From NCBI RefSeq assembly GCF_026210795.1, contig NC_089436.1, forward strand, positions 1,860,001-1,924,000: 64,000 bases of DNA, written 5' to 3'. A program made the translations under genes and the position numbers. This DNA is from Rhizophagus irregularis (Eukaryota). Position 1 is the stretch's first letter, and every line of letters starts with the position of its first letter. The notes under the pieces are model-generated. The model saw nothing but the letters and a program-made list of their open reading frames with translations. It was not told the DNA's origin and did no database searches. Below, piece after piece: positions 1 to 13,435 of this stretch.

Positions 1-1007
1 GATTTGTCACCTTTGGAATTAGGGATGATTGGAGTTTTCAATCTAGAATATATCTGGTTAAAAGTAAGGCAAAATAAATATTAAGTATTGAAATTAATAA
101 TAAACCAAATATTAAATTATTATTTTTTTCTTTCTAGTTGTTAATTATATGGAGATTTTTTAGATTTTGGGCAATGGCTGATGGATTTGAAGTACAAGAA
201 AATATGTTAAGATGTATGTTAAATAATTACTCCACAACAGGATTTTGGAGAAGTTGGCACAGAAGTTTTTATAGATGGATTATTAGGTAAGTTTACATTA
301 CTTAATTCATCTTTTGTTTAAAATTTATTTTAAATACCTTTTTCAATTTTTATAGATATATTTATATTCCACTTGGAGGATCAAAATATTTAATATATAA
401 TATGTTAATAGTATTTACATTTGTTGCATTATGGCATGATATATCATTAAAATTATTAGCATGGGGCTGGTTAATTTGGATATTTATTTTACCCGAAACT
501 ATAGCTACTAAAATATTTACTGAAAAGAAAGTAAGTATAAAAATTTCTTTTTATATTTATTTATTTTCAAAAAGATTCTTTTATTAATATATATATATTT
601 TTGATATAAAAACAGTTTGGAGATAGACCATATTATAGGCATGTATGTGCAATTGGTGGCGCATTAAATTTAGTTTTTATGTGGGCTGCAAATTTAGTTG
701 GATTTGCTATCGGATTAGATGGTATGAAAGTAGTATTAAGTAATTTATTTGGAACATTACATGGTTAGTATAAATAAATATTTATATATACATATATATA
801 TATATTTATTTATAAATAAATTTTTTTATATATATGTATATTTTTTTATTTTTATTTTTTTTTTGCTAATATTTTATTTTTCTTATACTTTAAGGTCTTA
901 TCCAATTTTCCTTAAGTTTTATCAGTATATATTGTGCTGTACAAGTAATGTTTGAAATTAGAGAGGAAGAAAAAAGAAGAAATATTAATCAAGAAATTAG
1001 ATATTAA
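1..1007 (+). CDS. GUP1: GUP1-like membrane-bound O-acyltransferase (MBOAT), 3' part; 5' end lies outside the window
   Basis: Spliced exons give [16 protein letters not shown]...[38 protein letters not shown]...FTFVALWHD...[14 protein letters not shown], typical Gup1/HHATL motifs; GT-AG introns; stop TAA 1005-1007. Confidence 0.9.
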
Positions 1008-1082
1008 TATTTATTTATTTATTTATTTATTTATTTTATTTATTTATTTATTTTATTTATTTATTTTATTTATTTATTTATT
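1008..1082. repeat. (TTTA/TTTTA)n microsatellite
   Basis: Directly visible run just after the GUP1 stop. Confidence 0.85.
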
Positions 1083-1404
1083 TTTTAAAAAATTTCTGAT
1101 AAACATTTAAATAAAAGCTTAATAGATTCTTTTTTTCTTACTAAAGGAATATTTATAATTTAATAGACAAGTAGTATTACAAATTCTGATACTAGATAGT
1201 AATAATTTAGACTAAATTATAATATTTATTTTCTTTATATATTAGTTTTAGCTTTTTGAATAAAAGAGTTAATTTCTAAATTTGCGAATTTGTGATAAAT
1301 ATTATTTTATTTATAAGTTACTTTTTTGTTTTAACTTATATATATATATTTTTTTTATAATAAATGTAATGCTTTAAAATTAACTGCATAAAATCTCTTT
1401 GAAA

Positions 1405-3360
1405 TTATTGTTCATTTTGAACCAAAACAACTTCTTCATAATAAGAAACTTCATTAAATCCAACATCATTCATCTCACAATCATTCTTACAAGTAAATAC
1501 CATAATAGTTCCCCATTCCATACCAAGATTAAATATTGAATTATCATTTTTCTTATTTTTCTTATTTTTCTTATCAGAATTAATTTCATTTTCTTCAATA
1601 AAAGAACTAGTAGATAATGTAGTTAACATACTCGGCATTAATTGTAACTCAAAAACTCGACTTGACTTACACCAATGACAAACTGGTAATTTTGATGATG
1701 TGATTTCATCATTACAATTATCAAGTAGGAGTTTTGCAGTTACATCATTATGTGTATATAATAACGGTTGTCCATCAAATTGATACCTAAATAATATTGA
1801 TATAGGGAGTAATGAGATTCGAGAGTAAAAATAGATTAAAAAAAAAAGTCACCAAATTTTTTACCTCACACACTGATCAGGCCATTCTGCTACACGATCA
1901 GAAAATTTTTTAAAGGTTTTGTCATAACCTTTTGGTAAGATTGGCTTTTCATATTTCTCTCCAATCCAATCAAAATTGTCTTCGACTTCTTCATATGACA
2001 AATAATTTGCAGGAATATCATCATTTTTTTCTTTCAATACTTCTTCAGTAATATATAAGTATTGTGCTGGAAATGATTTAATATTCTCGGGCCAACATGC
2101 TGAAATTCCGTGTATAAATAAAATTAATATTATAATTAAACTATGATCAATTACGTTGGAATATATTATAACTTACTATTCAATGTTAACGTAGACATAT
2201 CAACACTTATTTGTGACATATTATCATCATTATCATGTTTACTTGAAACTTGATCTTTAATTTGATCCTTTTCATTTCGTGCTTTTTCTGCATCAGAAAT
2301 AATCTGACTCCATGAAGATTGCCACGTTGTAGTACTTGACATTTTATTATTAATACCTAGTTCAGGCCATTCATCGTCATCATGATCATCATCATGATCA
2401 TCTTCGTCTTCGTCAACTTGTTCCTCTTTACTTGATATAATATCATTCTCCGAAATCTTTGTTATTAAAAGACAAAACATTATTTAAATATAATAATATA
2501 TCTCTCTCGACTTTAATAAATTAATTAATTTATCCCCTTTTCACATTAAATAATAACCTGCATATCATCCATTTCATCTATATTATCAAAATCTGCAACT
2601 CCGAATAACATGTTACCCAATCCTCCATTTATAACCTGATTAAAGTAATAAATTAGGATTTTTTTTTATAATAAATAATAAAACAAATTATAAAATAAAA
2701 ATAAATTAACAAACATTCGATGATCGGATTGAAGAATTATTACTGTTGTCTCTTGATTGATGTTTATTTGCCCGTTCTTGTTGATATCTTTCATATTCTT
2801 CATCTTTTCGATGTGCTCGAAATACACGAAAACTTATCGATTCAAATAAATTTAAATATTAAAAATTTTCAAAGAAAAAAAAAAGACAAAATTTTATAAA
2901 AATTTCTTTACCTTCCACTTTTATTAACGCATTTTTGCTGATTACATCCAAAGATATATATCACCCTATCATAAATGGAATCATCCAAAGGTACATAACC
3001 TTGAAACAATAAAAACATATCTTTATCACAATTTTTACAAATAATAAAATCGTGTGATAAAGGATATGATTCGATTAACCAATTCGGTTTTCCACCAATT
3101 TTTGTTATATAAGGATCATTATCTTCTTTTGTTGATATATTACCATCAGGAAATCCTAATAAAATTGAGGTGGAAGTTTGTGTTATAAATTCTTTTGAAG
3201 GAATATTTTTATTTTGAGATGATTTTTTCTTATCAATTAATGATTTATTTGAAGAATTAGATGATGTTGTTATTGAATTAATTTTATCAATAGTTGACTG
3301 CTTTTTTTTGGATTTTGATTTATTTTTTGATCTATTTGGTTTAGATTTTGAAGTATCCAT
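1405..3360 (-). CDS. TSR4: TSR4/PDCD2-like uS5 (Rps2) chaperone, multi-exon
   Basis: N-terminal KIGGKPNWL...CKNCDKDMFLLFQGYVPL..YDRVIYIFGC; C-terminal PDCD2_C-type RVFELQLMP...GMEWGTIMVFTC...EEVVLVQNE. Confidence 0.85.
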
Positions 3361-3765
3361 TTTTTTTTTTTAACGTGCTTTTATTCCCTTTATAGGAATT
3401 GTAAAAATCATCATAAAAAAAAAAATTTTTTCTTGATTATCGATCGGTATTACCATTTTAGGTGTACAATCGCAATAACATAGCCTGATAAATTCGTATG
3501 TTTCGTGACTTAGTTTGACACTAGGCTTGTTATTTTACATATATAAAAATGTAAGGAGTAAGCTTTCCGTTTCTTTTCTAAGCTTCCGTCTTTTTTTTTA
3601 CTTTCCTATCTTTTTTAAAACTTTCTTAAACTTTCCTCTCTTTTTTAAACTTCTTTCGTCTCTTTGCAAAATTTTCGAGTAAAAAATATATATATATATA
3701 CACACATATATATTATTTTATTTCAACTTTTTACCTTTTCTATTTTTTAACATATCAGTAAAAAA

Positions 3766-5283
3766 ATGACTTCATTAATTTTCATGTTACCGGAAACTAT
3801 GTGTCCAATTCTTGATTATATTCGATACGATAGAAAATCATTATATTCTTGTATGTTCGTAAATCGAACATGGTGTAGTCTTACAACCCCAATCCTGTGG
3901 CGTGCACCATTTAAAGAGAGTAGATCAAGTTTAATTACTACTTTTATTAGGTGTCTTGATAGAACATCTAAAGGAAAGTTAAGATTGTTTGATGGTTTTC
4001 CTTTGGAAGCTTTAAAGAAACCAACCTTTAATTACATGCATTATATTCATGAACTTCAATATCCAACATTATATGATTCGGTTAAAACTTGGTGTGATGA
4101 AAATTATTTAATCGTATATATTGATAAAGAAAAAGAAATTTACTTAAATCCAACATCTACTATTTTGGATATGCTTATTGAAAGAATTATGAGTAAAGCA
4201 AAACGTCTTTCAGAACTTTCTATTCCAACAGTAACACATCGAAAAGGAGATTATGTATGTTTAATAAAACATAGTTCAGCTGCTAAAAAATGTTTACCAA
4301 AGTTAAGATATTTAATTTGTGATAATTGTGTACCAAAAAATTTATTATTTGCTTCGGAATTTTGTATTAATTTAAATCGATTAGATATTGATTGTTCTTG
4401 GATTAATGATAGAGAAGTATCAAAATTTCTAAAAGCTCAAAAGAATTTAAAACAATTAACAGTCACAAAAAGATGGCCACATTTAAATGATGCGATTAGC
4501 ATTGATAATTTGAGTATATCACTAAGATGTGTTGTATTAAAAGATAACTGTCATAGGCAAAATGGAGGTACTTTAAGTGTGCTCAAGTCATTTACAAATT
4601 TGGAGATATTGAGATTTCATAATTGGGCATCATTTCCGGAAAATGATATTGAAGGATTGACATCTTGTTATTTTCCAAGACTTCGAAAGTTAAGCTTTAC
4701 ACATTGTAAACCAACAGTTGGTATGATTATTCCGATGATCCTGATAAATGGTTCTAGTCTACAAGAACTTACATTATCTTGGGAGATTAATCAATCTGAT
4801 CAATATAGTGTTATTAGAACTATAGCAAGTAATTGTCCAAATTTGGAATATCTTGATGTTCCAATTGTGAGAAAAGATGTGTCGAATTTACATTATGTGT
4901 TGAAGTCATGTAAGAAACTCGAAAGTCTGACTATTAATTCTGCAAGTGATGATGATTATGATGTTGATGATTTCTTTCCTTCAATGGGAAATATTATTCC
5001 TGAACCTTTGTATCAATTAAATATCTTTGCATATTGGAAATTTACGGCAGAATCTTTAAGTGAATTCCTTAAGAATTGTAAAAATAACCTAAGTTGTTTA
5101 GGTTTTTATAGAAGTGCAACTGATGAACATCTTAAAGTTATTACAGAATATGCCAATGAAAGGAAATCGTTAAGTTTCCTAGAATTACGTTGGTGTGAAG
5201 TTATAAGTCTTGAAGAAATAAAAAATGCTGAAAAATTAATAAATGTTATTGCTGTATATAACCATGCAGGAAGAAGAATTTAA
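3766..5283 (+). CDS. F-box / RNI-like leucine-rich-repeat protein, intronless
   Basis: LPETMCPILDYI...SLYSCMFVNRTWC..PILWRAPF F-box-like N-terminus followed by LxxLxL repeats (CPNLEYLDV, CKKLESLTI). Confidence 0.85.
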   Translation: MTSLIFMLPETMCPILDYIRYDRKSLYSCMFVNRTWCSLTTPILWRAPFKESRSSLITTFIRCLDRTSKGKLRLFDGFPLEALKKPTFNYMHYIHELQYPTLYDSVKTWCDENYLIVYIDKEKEIYLNPTSTILDMLIERIMSKAKRLSELSIPTVTHRKGDYVCLIKHSSAAKKCLPKLRYLICDNCVPKNLLFASEFCINLNRLDIDCSWINDREVSKFLKAQKNLKQLTVTKRWPHLNDAISIDNLSISLRCVVLKDNCHRQNGGTLSVLKSFTNLEILRFHNWASFPENDIEGLTSCYFPRLRKLSFTHCKPTVGMIIPMILINGSSLQELTLSWEINQSDQYSVIRTIASNCPNLEYLDVPIVRKDVSNLHYVLKSCKKLESLTINSASDDDYDVDDFFPSMGNIIPEPLYQLNIFAYWKFTAESLSEFLKNCKNNLSCLGFYRSATDEHLKVITEYANERKSLSFLELRWCEVISLEEIKNAEKLINVIAVYNHAGRRI

Positions 5284-5695
5284 AAAAAAAATTCATTTAT
5301 AGAATCTAATTAATTTCGCATTTGTAAAAAAAAAAATGTATTCAAATTATTAGAATAAATAGAAATTTGATATTAGCTTTTTCATAGATAAAAATATCTG
5401 TATTTACATTATATATAAATAAAGTTTTCTTTAATTCTATGTTCAGAGTTTCTTTTTTATTTTACAGAGATAAATCACCATGATAAATACTAAGAGTTAA
5501 AGTACTCCTCCGAATTATATCTGCTAATAACATTATTATTAAAATGATATTAAAACTTAAAAACTTTTTCATTTATTTGGAAGGTCTACATATCTTCTAA
5601 TTGGCAATAAAATAATAATAATATCACACAATATAGTGTTCCCCCACAAATATTATATCCGCATTGTTTTTCTTAAATAAGGACATGTATTATAA

Positions 5696-7434
5696 TCACG
5701 TAGAACTTTTAATAACGGTGCTAGGACCATCTAATTCCAATGGTAAATCTAAACAAGGTACTTGACCATTAGGTAAACAACCTAAAGCACAAGGTTTCCA
5801 TTCATTATAATCATACATTTTCCAAGCTGAATCCTCATTTGAAGATGATACGCGATTATTTTCTGATACTACTGATACTTCTTCCTTTGAAGGCGAGTTT
5901 TAATTATTAAAAAATGTATATATATATATGTAAAAGTCAGATGAAAAATATTAATTACCTTAATCAATTTATTAATTTTATCCAATTCATATTTTAGTTT
6001 ATTTATTTCAACATTCATATCATCATCAGTAATTTTAGGTATTTCATCAATATTATGTATAATATCCTCAGAATGAAGCTTTTTGTTTATATAATTTACA
6101 AATGGACTAACACTTGTTTTTAATTCTTCATCACATTCCATCATCGTTTGTAATATCAATTGAGTATTTGTACTTGGTTTCCTTAAACAGAATTCCAATA
6201 TATTATTAACATCTAAATTAGTAAATGACTTTCCATTATAATAGATATAGAGAATATGTTTAACCCATGCGGATAAAGTTATAAGATAGCTAGAACTTGT
6301 ATGTGTTGATTGTACTTCTTGGTTATTCATATCTGATTTAATACTAACATCATCTTTATTCAAGATTTCTAATATCTTCAATATTAATTCATTACCAAAA
6401 GTATGCCATTCTTTATCAAATGTTTGTAACATCACATCCCATATTTTTTTTGATTCTGGAAGCAAACTTAAATCTTGAGCCAATGCACGTTTTTTTTTTG
6501 CCATGGGAACCAATAATCCCGGTTCCAACAAAATAGGAATAATCGATTCACTTATGTATTCTTCGCTAACTAATTCCATGATTTTCCCTATAATCTTTCT
6601 AGAAGAATCGCGATTATTATTTCCATTTATATCTTCCTTACGAAGTTCTTTGTATTGTAATATCAAAGAACGTATTTTATTAACTTGTGCTGATGGTAAC
6701 GGCTTTTGAGTTGACCAATAACTTTCGTTTAACCATTGCAACGCCTAAATAAAATGATAAATTAGTTCTCTTATAAATAATATAATCAAATAATAATTCA
6801 GTTATTGAATGGGCGGGTAACCTATCAGTCACCTACGGAGTGACCGATATTTTATCCATCCAATAACTATATTTTATGATACCTGTTTACATCCGTTTCG
6901 TAAAATTTGTAGACTTGGAAGATGTTCGTGAGTTCCCGCATGACGCATTTCAACAAACCATAATGGCATATTTAGTTTAACTGCGATGGAAGATATTGAT
7001 AAGGCGAATGTTCCTTGTTGAAATGGATCGACCATTCCGTTCACAAATCTAAAAAATAAATGAAATTTTGATCAAAAAAAGAAAAATATTCGAAAAACCG
7101 AAAATACTAATACATACCTGATAAATACCATGGAATATAATAATCTCAATTCATGATTTGAAATATTTCCGTAACTAAATTCATCTCTTAACGATACTTC
7201 AACAAATGCAGCTGTGCTAACAACAGCATGAGGAACTTTTCCGCGACTTGACCAAGCTTTAACCTGTAAATAATAATTTTAGAAAAATTTACTTTATTTA
7301 AGAAATACTAAACATAATGGTACCCTTTTAACTCCAATTTCACGTTGGTTCGGAGACTCTGCATAAAGCCATTGATGAACTTGTTGAAATTCTTCAAGAG
7401 ATGTCCAAGGTACAACTCTGGGTATTTTTATCAT
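5696..7434 (-). CDS. LAS1: LAS1-like HEPN endoribonuclease (pre-rRNA ITS2 processing), multi-exon
   Basis: PRVVPWTSLEEF...KAWSSRGKVPHAVVSTA...LYSMVFIRFVNGMVD...MPLWFVEMRHAGTHEHLPSL (HEPN RxxxxH)...ALQWLNESYW; last exon WKPCALGCLP; stop 5696-5698. Confidence 0.9.
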
Positions 7435-7612
7435 AATTAATTTAAGGGACTAGTTTTTTGATCAATCCTCCATTTTACTTCTCTGATCTACAATCTGCAT
7501 AATCTACGCAGTTCTTTAGTCTCTGATATTGTGCAGACCGACAGTATAAAAAGTAAAAAGGGTACAATTTCTCCCTTTATCCATTATTCACTTTTTTTTT
7601 TGAGATTTGAAA

Positions 7613-8169
7613 ATGATTATATTTGAACGAATTACAATTCCTATTAGAATTGTTTTAAAGCCGAGAATATGGAAATTAAAGTGTCAAAGATCATTAATAA
7701 AATTTTTAGATCACAAATACAAAATAATTCTCTACCCAACAGTGAATGTAAATTCTTTTTAAAATAATATATTTTCGAATTAAAAAATAATTTAACTAAT
7801 ATTCATTTTCTTTATCATAATTAGTTTCCTATATCTGCTGGTAAGTTATTCTATAATAATAATAATAATAATGGAATCTTATTATTGATGATTAAAATGA
7901 ATTTTTACAAAGAAGTGACGGTTACTATTACTGGAATTGTTTACACATCTGACCTGAAAGATTTGCGTGCAGCATTGAAACGACTTAAGGATAAACATTT
8001 GTTGATATCTCGACAATATCGTCATAAAACGAGGAAGAAAAAGAAAAAATTGAAAATTGCAAAATGGACTGGAAGAAAATCTAAATTTGAAATAGCAATA
8101 TTTGTTGTTGTGGTTATTATTACAGCTGATGTTTTTTTTATACGTAAATCAGAATTTAACATTTGGTGA
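7613..8169 (+). CDS. Small orphan protein (~135 aa), 3 exons, basic region plus C-terminal hydrophobic segment
   Basis: Exons 7613-7747, 7825-7840 and 7913-8169 join in frame via GT-AG introns; divergent from LAS1; no family recognised. Confidence 0.5.
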
Positions 8170-8498
8170 ATTTTTTGATTCTTAATTATTCTTCATTTGA
8201 TAATATATAATTGATAAACTATACTATGCGATCCAATCAATTATTGCCACTGTATATTGTAAATATTTATGTGTTTAAATTTATTGCCAGTCCACTTATA
8301 AGCTAATAAGTTCCAGGAATCACGTGATAAATATGCAGGCTGAGTATCAGATTTCTATCTTCGGATATGTTTACCGGAACATCCGGAATTAGATATAAAA
8401 TGAAGTATTAATTTGTAGTTTGATTTCTCAAACGCACATTCTTATTTTAACTTAAAAAAAAAAAATTTTTTTTTCCTTACCAAATAAAATAATTTTCA

Positions 8499-10826
8499 AT
8501 GGTCCGGTTAACATCGTGGTCACTGTTGACCCTTTTTGTGGTCTGGATAACTTGTATAAGTGCCAATGAAGATTCTTTGGTTAGATATATTTATCATGAT
8601 CTTTATCCTTTTACGACGGAATTTTTTTTTCTCATAAGATATTTTATCCATGTCTTTATTAGACTAATCCTTTAGATCAAAAATGCTCGTTGATGTTTGA
8701 AAAATCGGCAATTGTTGGAGGGAAAAATTCCGTTATTTCACGTGAGTAATGTATACTATTAATCAAAATTATTCTGTCATAATAACTTACATATAAATTT
8801 TATTTTAAAAAAAATTTCATAGTAAAATTGAATCCAGATAATAAAGTAACAACTGGAAATGTCGCAGCAGTTGTAGCTGAATGGAAAGATTATTATAAAA
8901 TAGGTCATAAATTGGAAGATGGGAAGGTTAGTATCGCATTCAAATTATTTTAATTTTTTTATAATAATTTATTAATCCAAAAAATATCAATAACATTATA
9001 CAGGAAATTCTCATTTGTGATCAAGCTGCTATTGATTTGAATTTTTGTTCAAAGTCACAGGAAAATAATTTTATTGTCCCCATTAATGAAACAACATCCA
9101 TTGTTACTCATTTCTTTAACCTTAAATCAAAGGATACATATACATTTAATTATCCAATTAACAAGACAGCGTTTTATTGTGTTGCTACTAGTCCTGTTAA
9201 TAATGATGATACCCAATATTTTGTTACGATTGATTGGCAAAATCCTTATGGAGAATTACCTGCTTCAGAATATCCAAAATTACCAGCAAGTGTCTTCGAT
9301 TTTCAAAATCATTCAAAGAAATGTTTTTTTTTTGTTTTCTAATTTAAAGTTTTTTTTTTATTTTTAAATTCAAGTTTTATGGAGCTTTATCATTAATATA
9401 TTTGGTAATCGGTATCGTATGGATGACTTTGAGTATAATTCACCGGCATGATATTTTACCTGTTCAGGTATTAAATGAATTTAATATAATCAAAAGTACA
9501 AATTTGATATTTAAGTTTATTTTAAAGTTTTGATTTTATATTAGAATTATATATCCGGAGTCATCCTGTTTCTCATGTTGGAGATGGCTTTCAATTGGGG
9601 ATATTGGGAAAATTATAATTCATATGGACATTCTTGTAGGTTTATATAATGAAAGATATTTTTAAAAAATATATATATATATATTTTAATTATGATGGAT
9701 TTATTTCTTCTAGCAACATTCCTTATTATTGTGGTCGCTATTCTCAATGCTGGAAGAAATTCCATTTCATTTTTTATGCTATTGATTGTATGCATGGGCT
9801 ATGGAGTTGTAAAGTAGGCGAATTTTAACTTTAAATCGGTTAAAATCTCTTTATTTATATTTCTAACAAAACACAATTTTTAGACCTACACTTGGAAGCA
9901 CGATGAATAAATGTCGTGCATTAGCAGCTACACATTTCTTATTTGGCATAATTTATTCAGCTGGTACAATGCTTTTAGATCCAGAAAATGCGAACCCTCT
10001 TATTTTTCTAGTCATTTTTCCTCTTGCCCTCACAATGACAGCATTCTATATTTGGACACTTCAATCAATAACCAACACACTTCAAACGCTTGAAATCCGT
10101 AAACAAACCGTGAAATCTTTAATGTATAAACGATTATATAGATTACTTGTATTTTCAGTCGCTGTTCTTGGGGTTTTCTTTTTCATAAACATGATTAATT
10201 ACCTTCGTCGAGAAGATCCTGATTGGATACCGACATATTGGCGTTGGAGATGGTTTCTTTTAGATGGATGGTTAAATATTTTATATTTAATTGTATTTTG
10301 CGTAATACTTATTATTTGGAGACCCACACGAAATAATAAGAGATATCCTTTAAAATTTGAACAATGGTTTAATAATTGTTGTTTTTTACAATTTTTTTTT
10401 TTAAAAAAAATATCCCTTAACGTCATTTTTTTACATTTGCGATGAGTGAGGAATTAACACAAGAAGATCCTTATGAATTAGAAAACACACTCCGAGCAGC
10501 TGAAAATATGGGGTATGATAATGTGAAATTCAGATCTGAGAGCGACAGGTTACATAATGATAGTGGATCTGCTATATTCGATATTGGGGATGAACATGAT
10601 GATGATGATGATGAATTTAATAACAAATGGGATGATGAATCTACCGTAAGAGCAAGTCATGGGGATAGTTCTCAATCAAGTCATGAAGTAACTTCCCAAA
10701 GGTAAAATTTTTTTTTTAATTAATTATCATTTTTGTCATAAATATAATTAACTTTTGATTTATTGTAGAGTAAATATTGAGGAAAATCAAGATCATATTG
10801 AACAAGAAATTTCAAAATTAAATTAA
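8499..10826 (+). CDS. PTM1: PTM1/TMEM87-like (Lung 7TM / GOST family) membrane protein
   Basis: Signal peptide MVRLTSWSLLTLFVVWITCISA; WQNPYGELPASEYPKLPFYG; HDILPVQNYISG; LNAGRNSISFFMLLIVCMGYGVVKPTLG; WRWRWFLLDGWLNILY...WRPTRNNKRFAMSEEL (last junction made by an AT-AC intron). Confidence 0.9.
10343..10434 (+). other. U12-type (minor spliceosome) AT-AC intron
   Basis: 5'ss ATATCCTT, branch TCCCTTAAC at 10413-10421, 3' AC; removal gives in-frame NNKR/FAMSEEL. Confidence 0.92.
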
Positions 10827-12073
10827 GTGTATACATTTTTATCGTGAAACATTAATAATTAGAACATTGTTATTATTATTATTATCTTTTTTTTAAAAAA
10901 AAAAAATTAATTATAGTAGAAAGTAAATTAATAATAAGTATAGTATCGTATTTATTAATTACAAAAAAAAAAACTTTTTAATTATATTTTAAAATATATA
11001 TAAAATTATATAAATGATATAAATAATAAATGATATAAATAATAAAAAAAAGGATTTTCAGGAATTTCAGAAATTTCAGTTTGATTTAAAAATAATAATA
11101 TAATACATCATACATAATATATATATAGTAATAACTTTGACTGAGTCATCAGGAGTCAGTCCTGTTTATCGTCATTTCGATCAATGTGATTAATGTGATT
11201 TACTATATATATAAAAAATATAAATAAATAATACTTCATAATAAACTTAAAAATTATTTTGGGGGAGTCAATCAGTCAAACGAGTCAAAACACTCAAACT
11301 TTGTCAATTAAACAATTCCTTTTGAATAATTTTACTTTTTGGGTAATTCACCTTTTGGGTATTTTAAATAAAAGGTTATTATGAATTATTATTTTTATTA
11401 CTTTCAAAATATAAACAAAACCGAAGCTGCATTTGTAAAGTTTGTACCCGATTCATAAGATCGATACATTTTACTTCAAAAAATGTTTTGAGGTACGTGT
11501 CATTAAAAAAAAAGTTAGATTGATTGATAAGATTTTTTAGCTTTATTAAATCAACTTCCTAGTTAATATTTCATTGAAAGATCCTTAAAAGACACGCAAA
11601 ATCGTGCCTGAAACTCGTGCCTGAATAATATTATTATTATTCAATCAAGTTTACATTCAGGATTTTATCACGAGATAAAAAATTAAAATGCTTAGACAAT
11701 TTAAACAATATTTATTTATCACATTGTATAATTTATAATATTTTGTTAAAAAATACCTGAATTTATAAAGTTCCGGAGTTGAGATTGGTTCTGTCCCCGT
11801 GTAACTCGGAGGATTGTGAGAATTCTTATAAATAATACCCACCTTTTGTTATATTTTTTTCTATAATTAACCTGTTTTTCTTAAAAATAATTTGTAAACA
11901 TAATAAACAAGAATAATTTATCAATAAAAAGGAAAAAAAGTTGAAAAAAAAAAATTTTTTTTTTAATTGTCCCTTTAAATTCACTTTTTATTTTTTTCAT
12001 TATTTTTTTTCATTATTATTTTTTTTTTACAAATTAAATAAATTAAATCCTTTTTAACAATTCGGTTTTAAAT

Positions 12074-13435
12074 ATGAGTTATCGAGCAGGTTATTGTTCT
12101 TTTGAATATAAACTTGAGAATGTATCAAAATTAACAGAAAGAGTATACTCTCCACCTTTTGCTACATCAACTTGTAGAAATTGGATGTTGATCTTTGACC
12201 CAGTATGCTATCGATAATTATTTTATTTTTGATTTATTTTCTTGAGAGATTATTTGTAAAATTTACGAAAAAAATTTTTTTCTTTTTTTTTCTTTTTTTT
12301 CTTTTTTTTTTAAAAAAAAATATATATTTATATCATGATAATAATTAATCATAGTATACGAGCGATCCAAAAAATTATCAAATTCTTCTTTGCACAATAC
12401 TTAACAAAGACGAAGAATCAAAACATTTTACGGACACTTTCTTGCCTTTAAAAGTTATTTTGAAAACTCCTTCAGGTGATATTATTCATGAAGTCTCTAC
12501 AAATGATAAGATATTTGTTAAATCCGGACTCTGTAAGTAGTAAAAAAAAAAAAGTAATTTAAAATTATAAATTTAACCTAAATATCAATTATATTGAACC
12601 CTTTTTATATTATTTTTCACTCTTTATTTTTTCATTTTTTTTTTACATTTTTTTTTTATTTTTTTTTTGATCTTTTAATATTATCTTATTATTGGTAATA
12701 GTTCTTGTTTACAACCGTCCAAGATCCACGCTACTTAATAATATAATTATTAATGTACAATTTAGTGAAGTTAGATTCACAAAAATTCCTCCAAAAACTA
12801 CTTTTGGAACCAAACAAGTAGCAGAAAATTTAGTTAATGCTTGGTCTAATGAATTGAATAAACCTGATCGAGGAGATGTTAAATTTAAAGTTCAAGGTCG
12901 AGCTATTTATGCAAATAGTTCGATTCTTGCAATGAGATCAGATTATTTTGAGGCAATGTTTGAAGGTGAATGGATGGAATGTAATAATAAACAAAGATCT
13001 CAAAGATCTTCAACAACAAACACGAAAAACGAAATTAATGAGAATCGATATAAATATGAGATTGAAATTACGGATTTTAATTATGAGACAGTAATTGCAA
13101 TGTTACATTTTTTATATACTGATGAAGCGGATTTTAAAAATTATAGTTTGGATAATATATGGAATTTATTTAGTATTTCTGATAAATATTTTGTGGATGA
13201 TTTGAGACATAGGATTAAAATTCATATTATTAATAATTTATTAAATGAAAGGAATGCAGCTGAAATGTTATTTAAATATGCTTGGAAATGGCCCGATTTA
13301 AAAGAATTGATTAAAAATTATAATATTCAACATTTTGTAAAGATTAGAAAAACAAAAGGTTTTAGACAAATAGTTGCATCAAAATCGGATTATCCAATGT
13401 ATCATGAATTACTTGAAGAATTATTGTTGGGTTAA
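12074..13435 (+). CDS. MATH-like + BTB/POZ protein (SPOP-like architecture), 3 exons
   Basis: Exon 1 FEYKLENVSKL...YSPPFATSTCRNWMLIFDP (MATH-like); BTB GDVKFKVQGRAIYANSSILAMRSDYFEAMF...EITDFNYETVIAMLHFLYTD. Confidence 0.85.

Noticed and set aside
3059..3068. ATATCCTT on the minus strand as another U12 donor
   Set aside because: Lies in the open TSR4 frame (SYPL) between conserved motifs, with no matching branch site or AC acceptor
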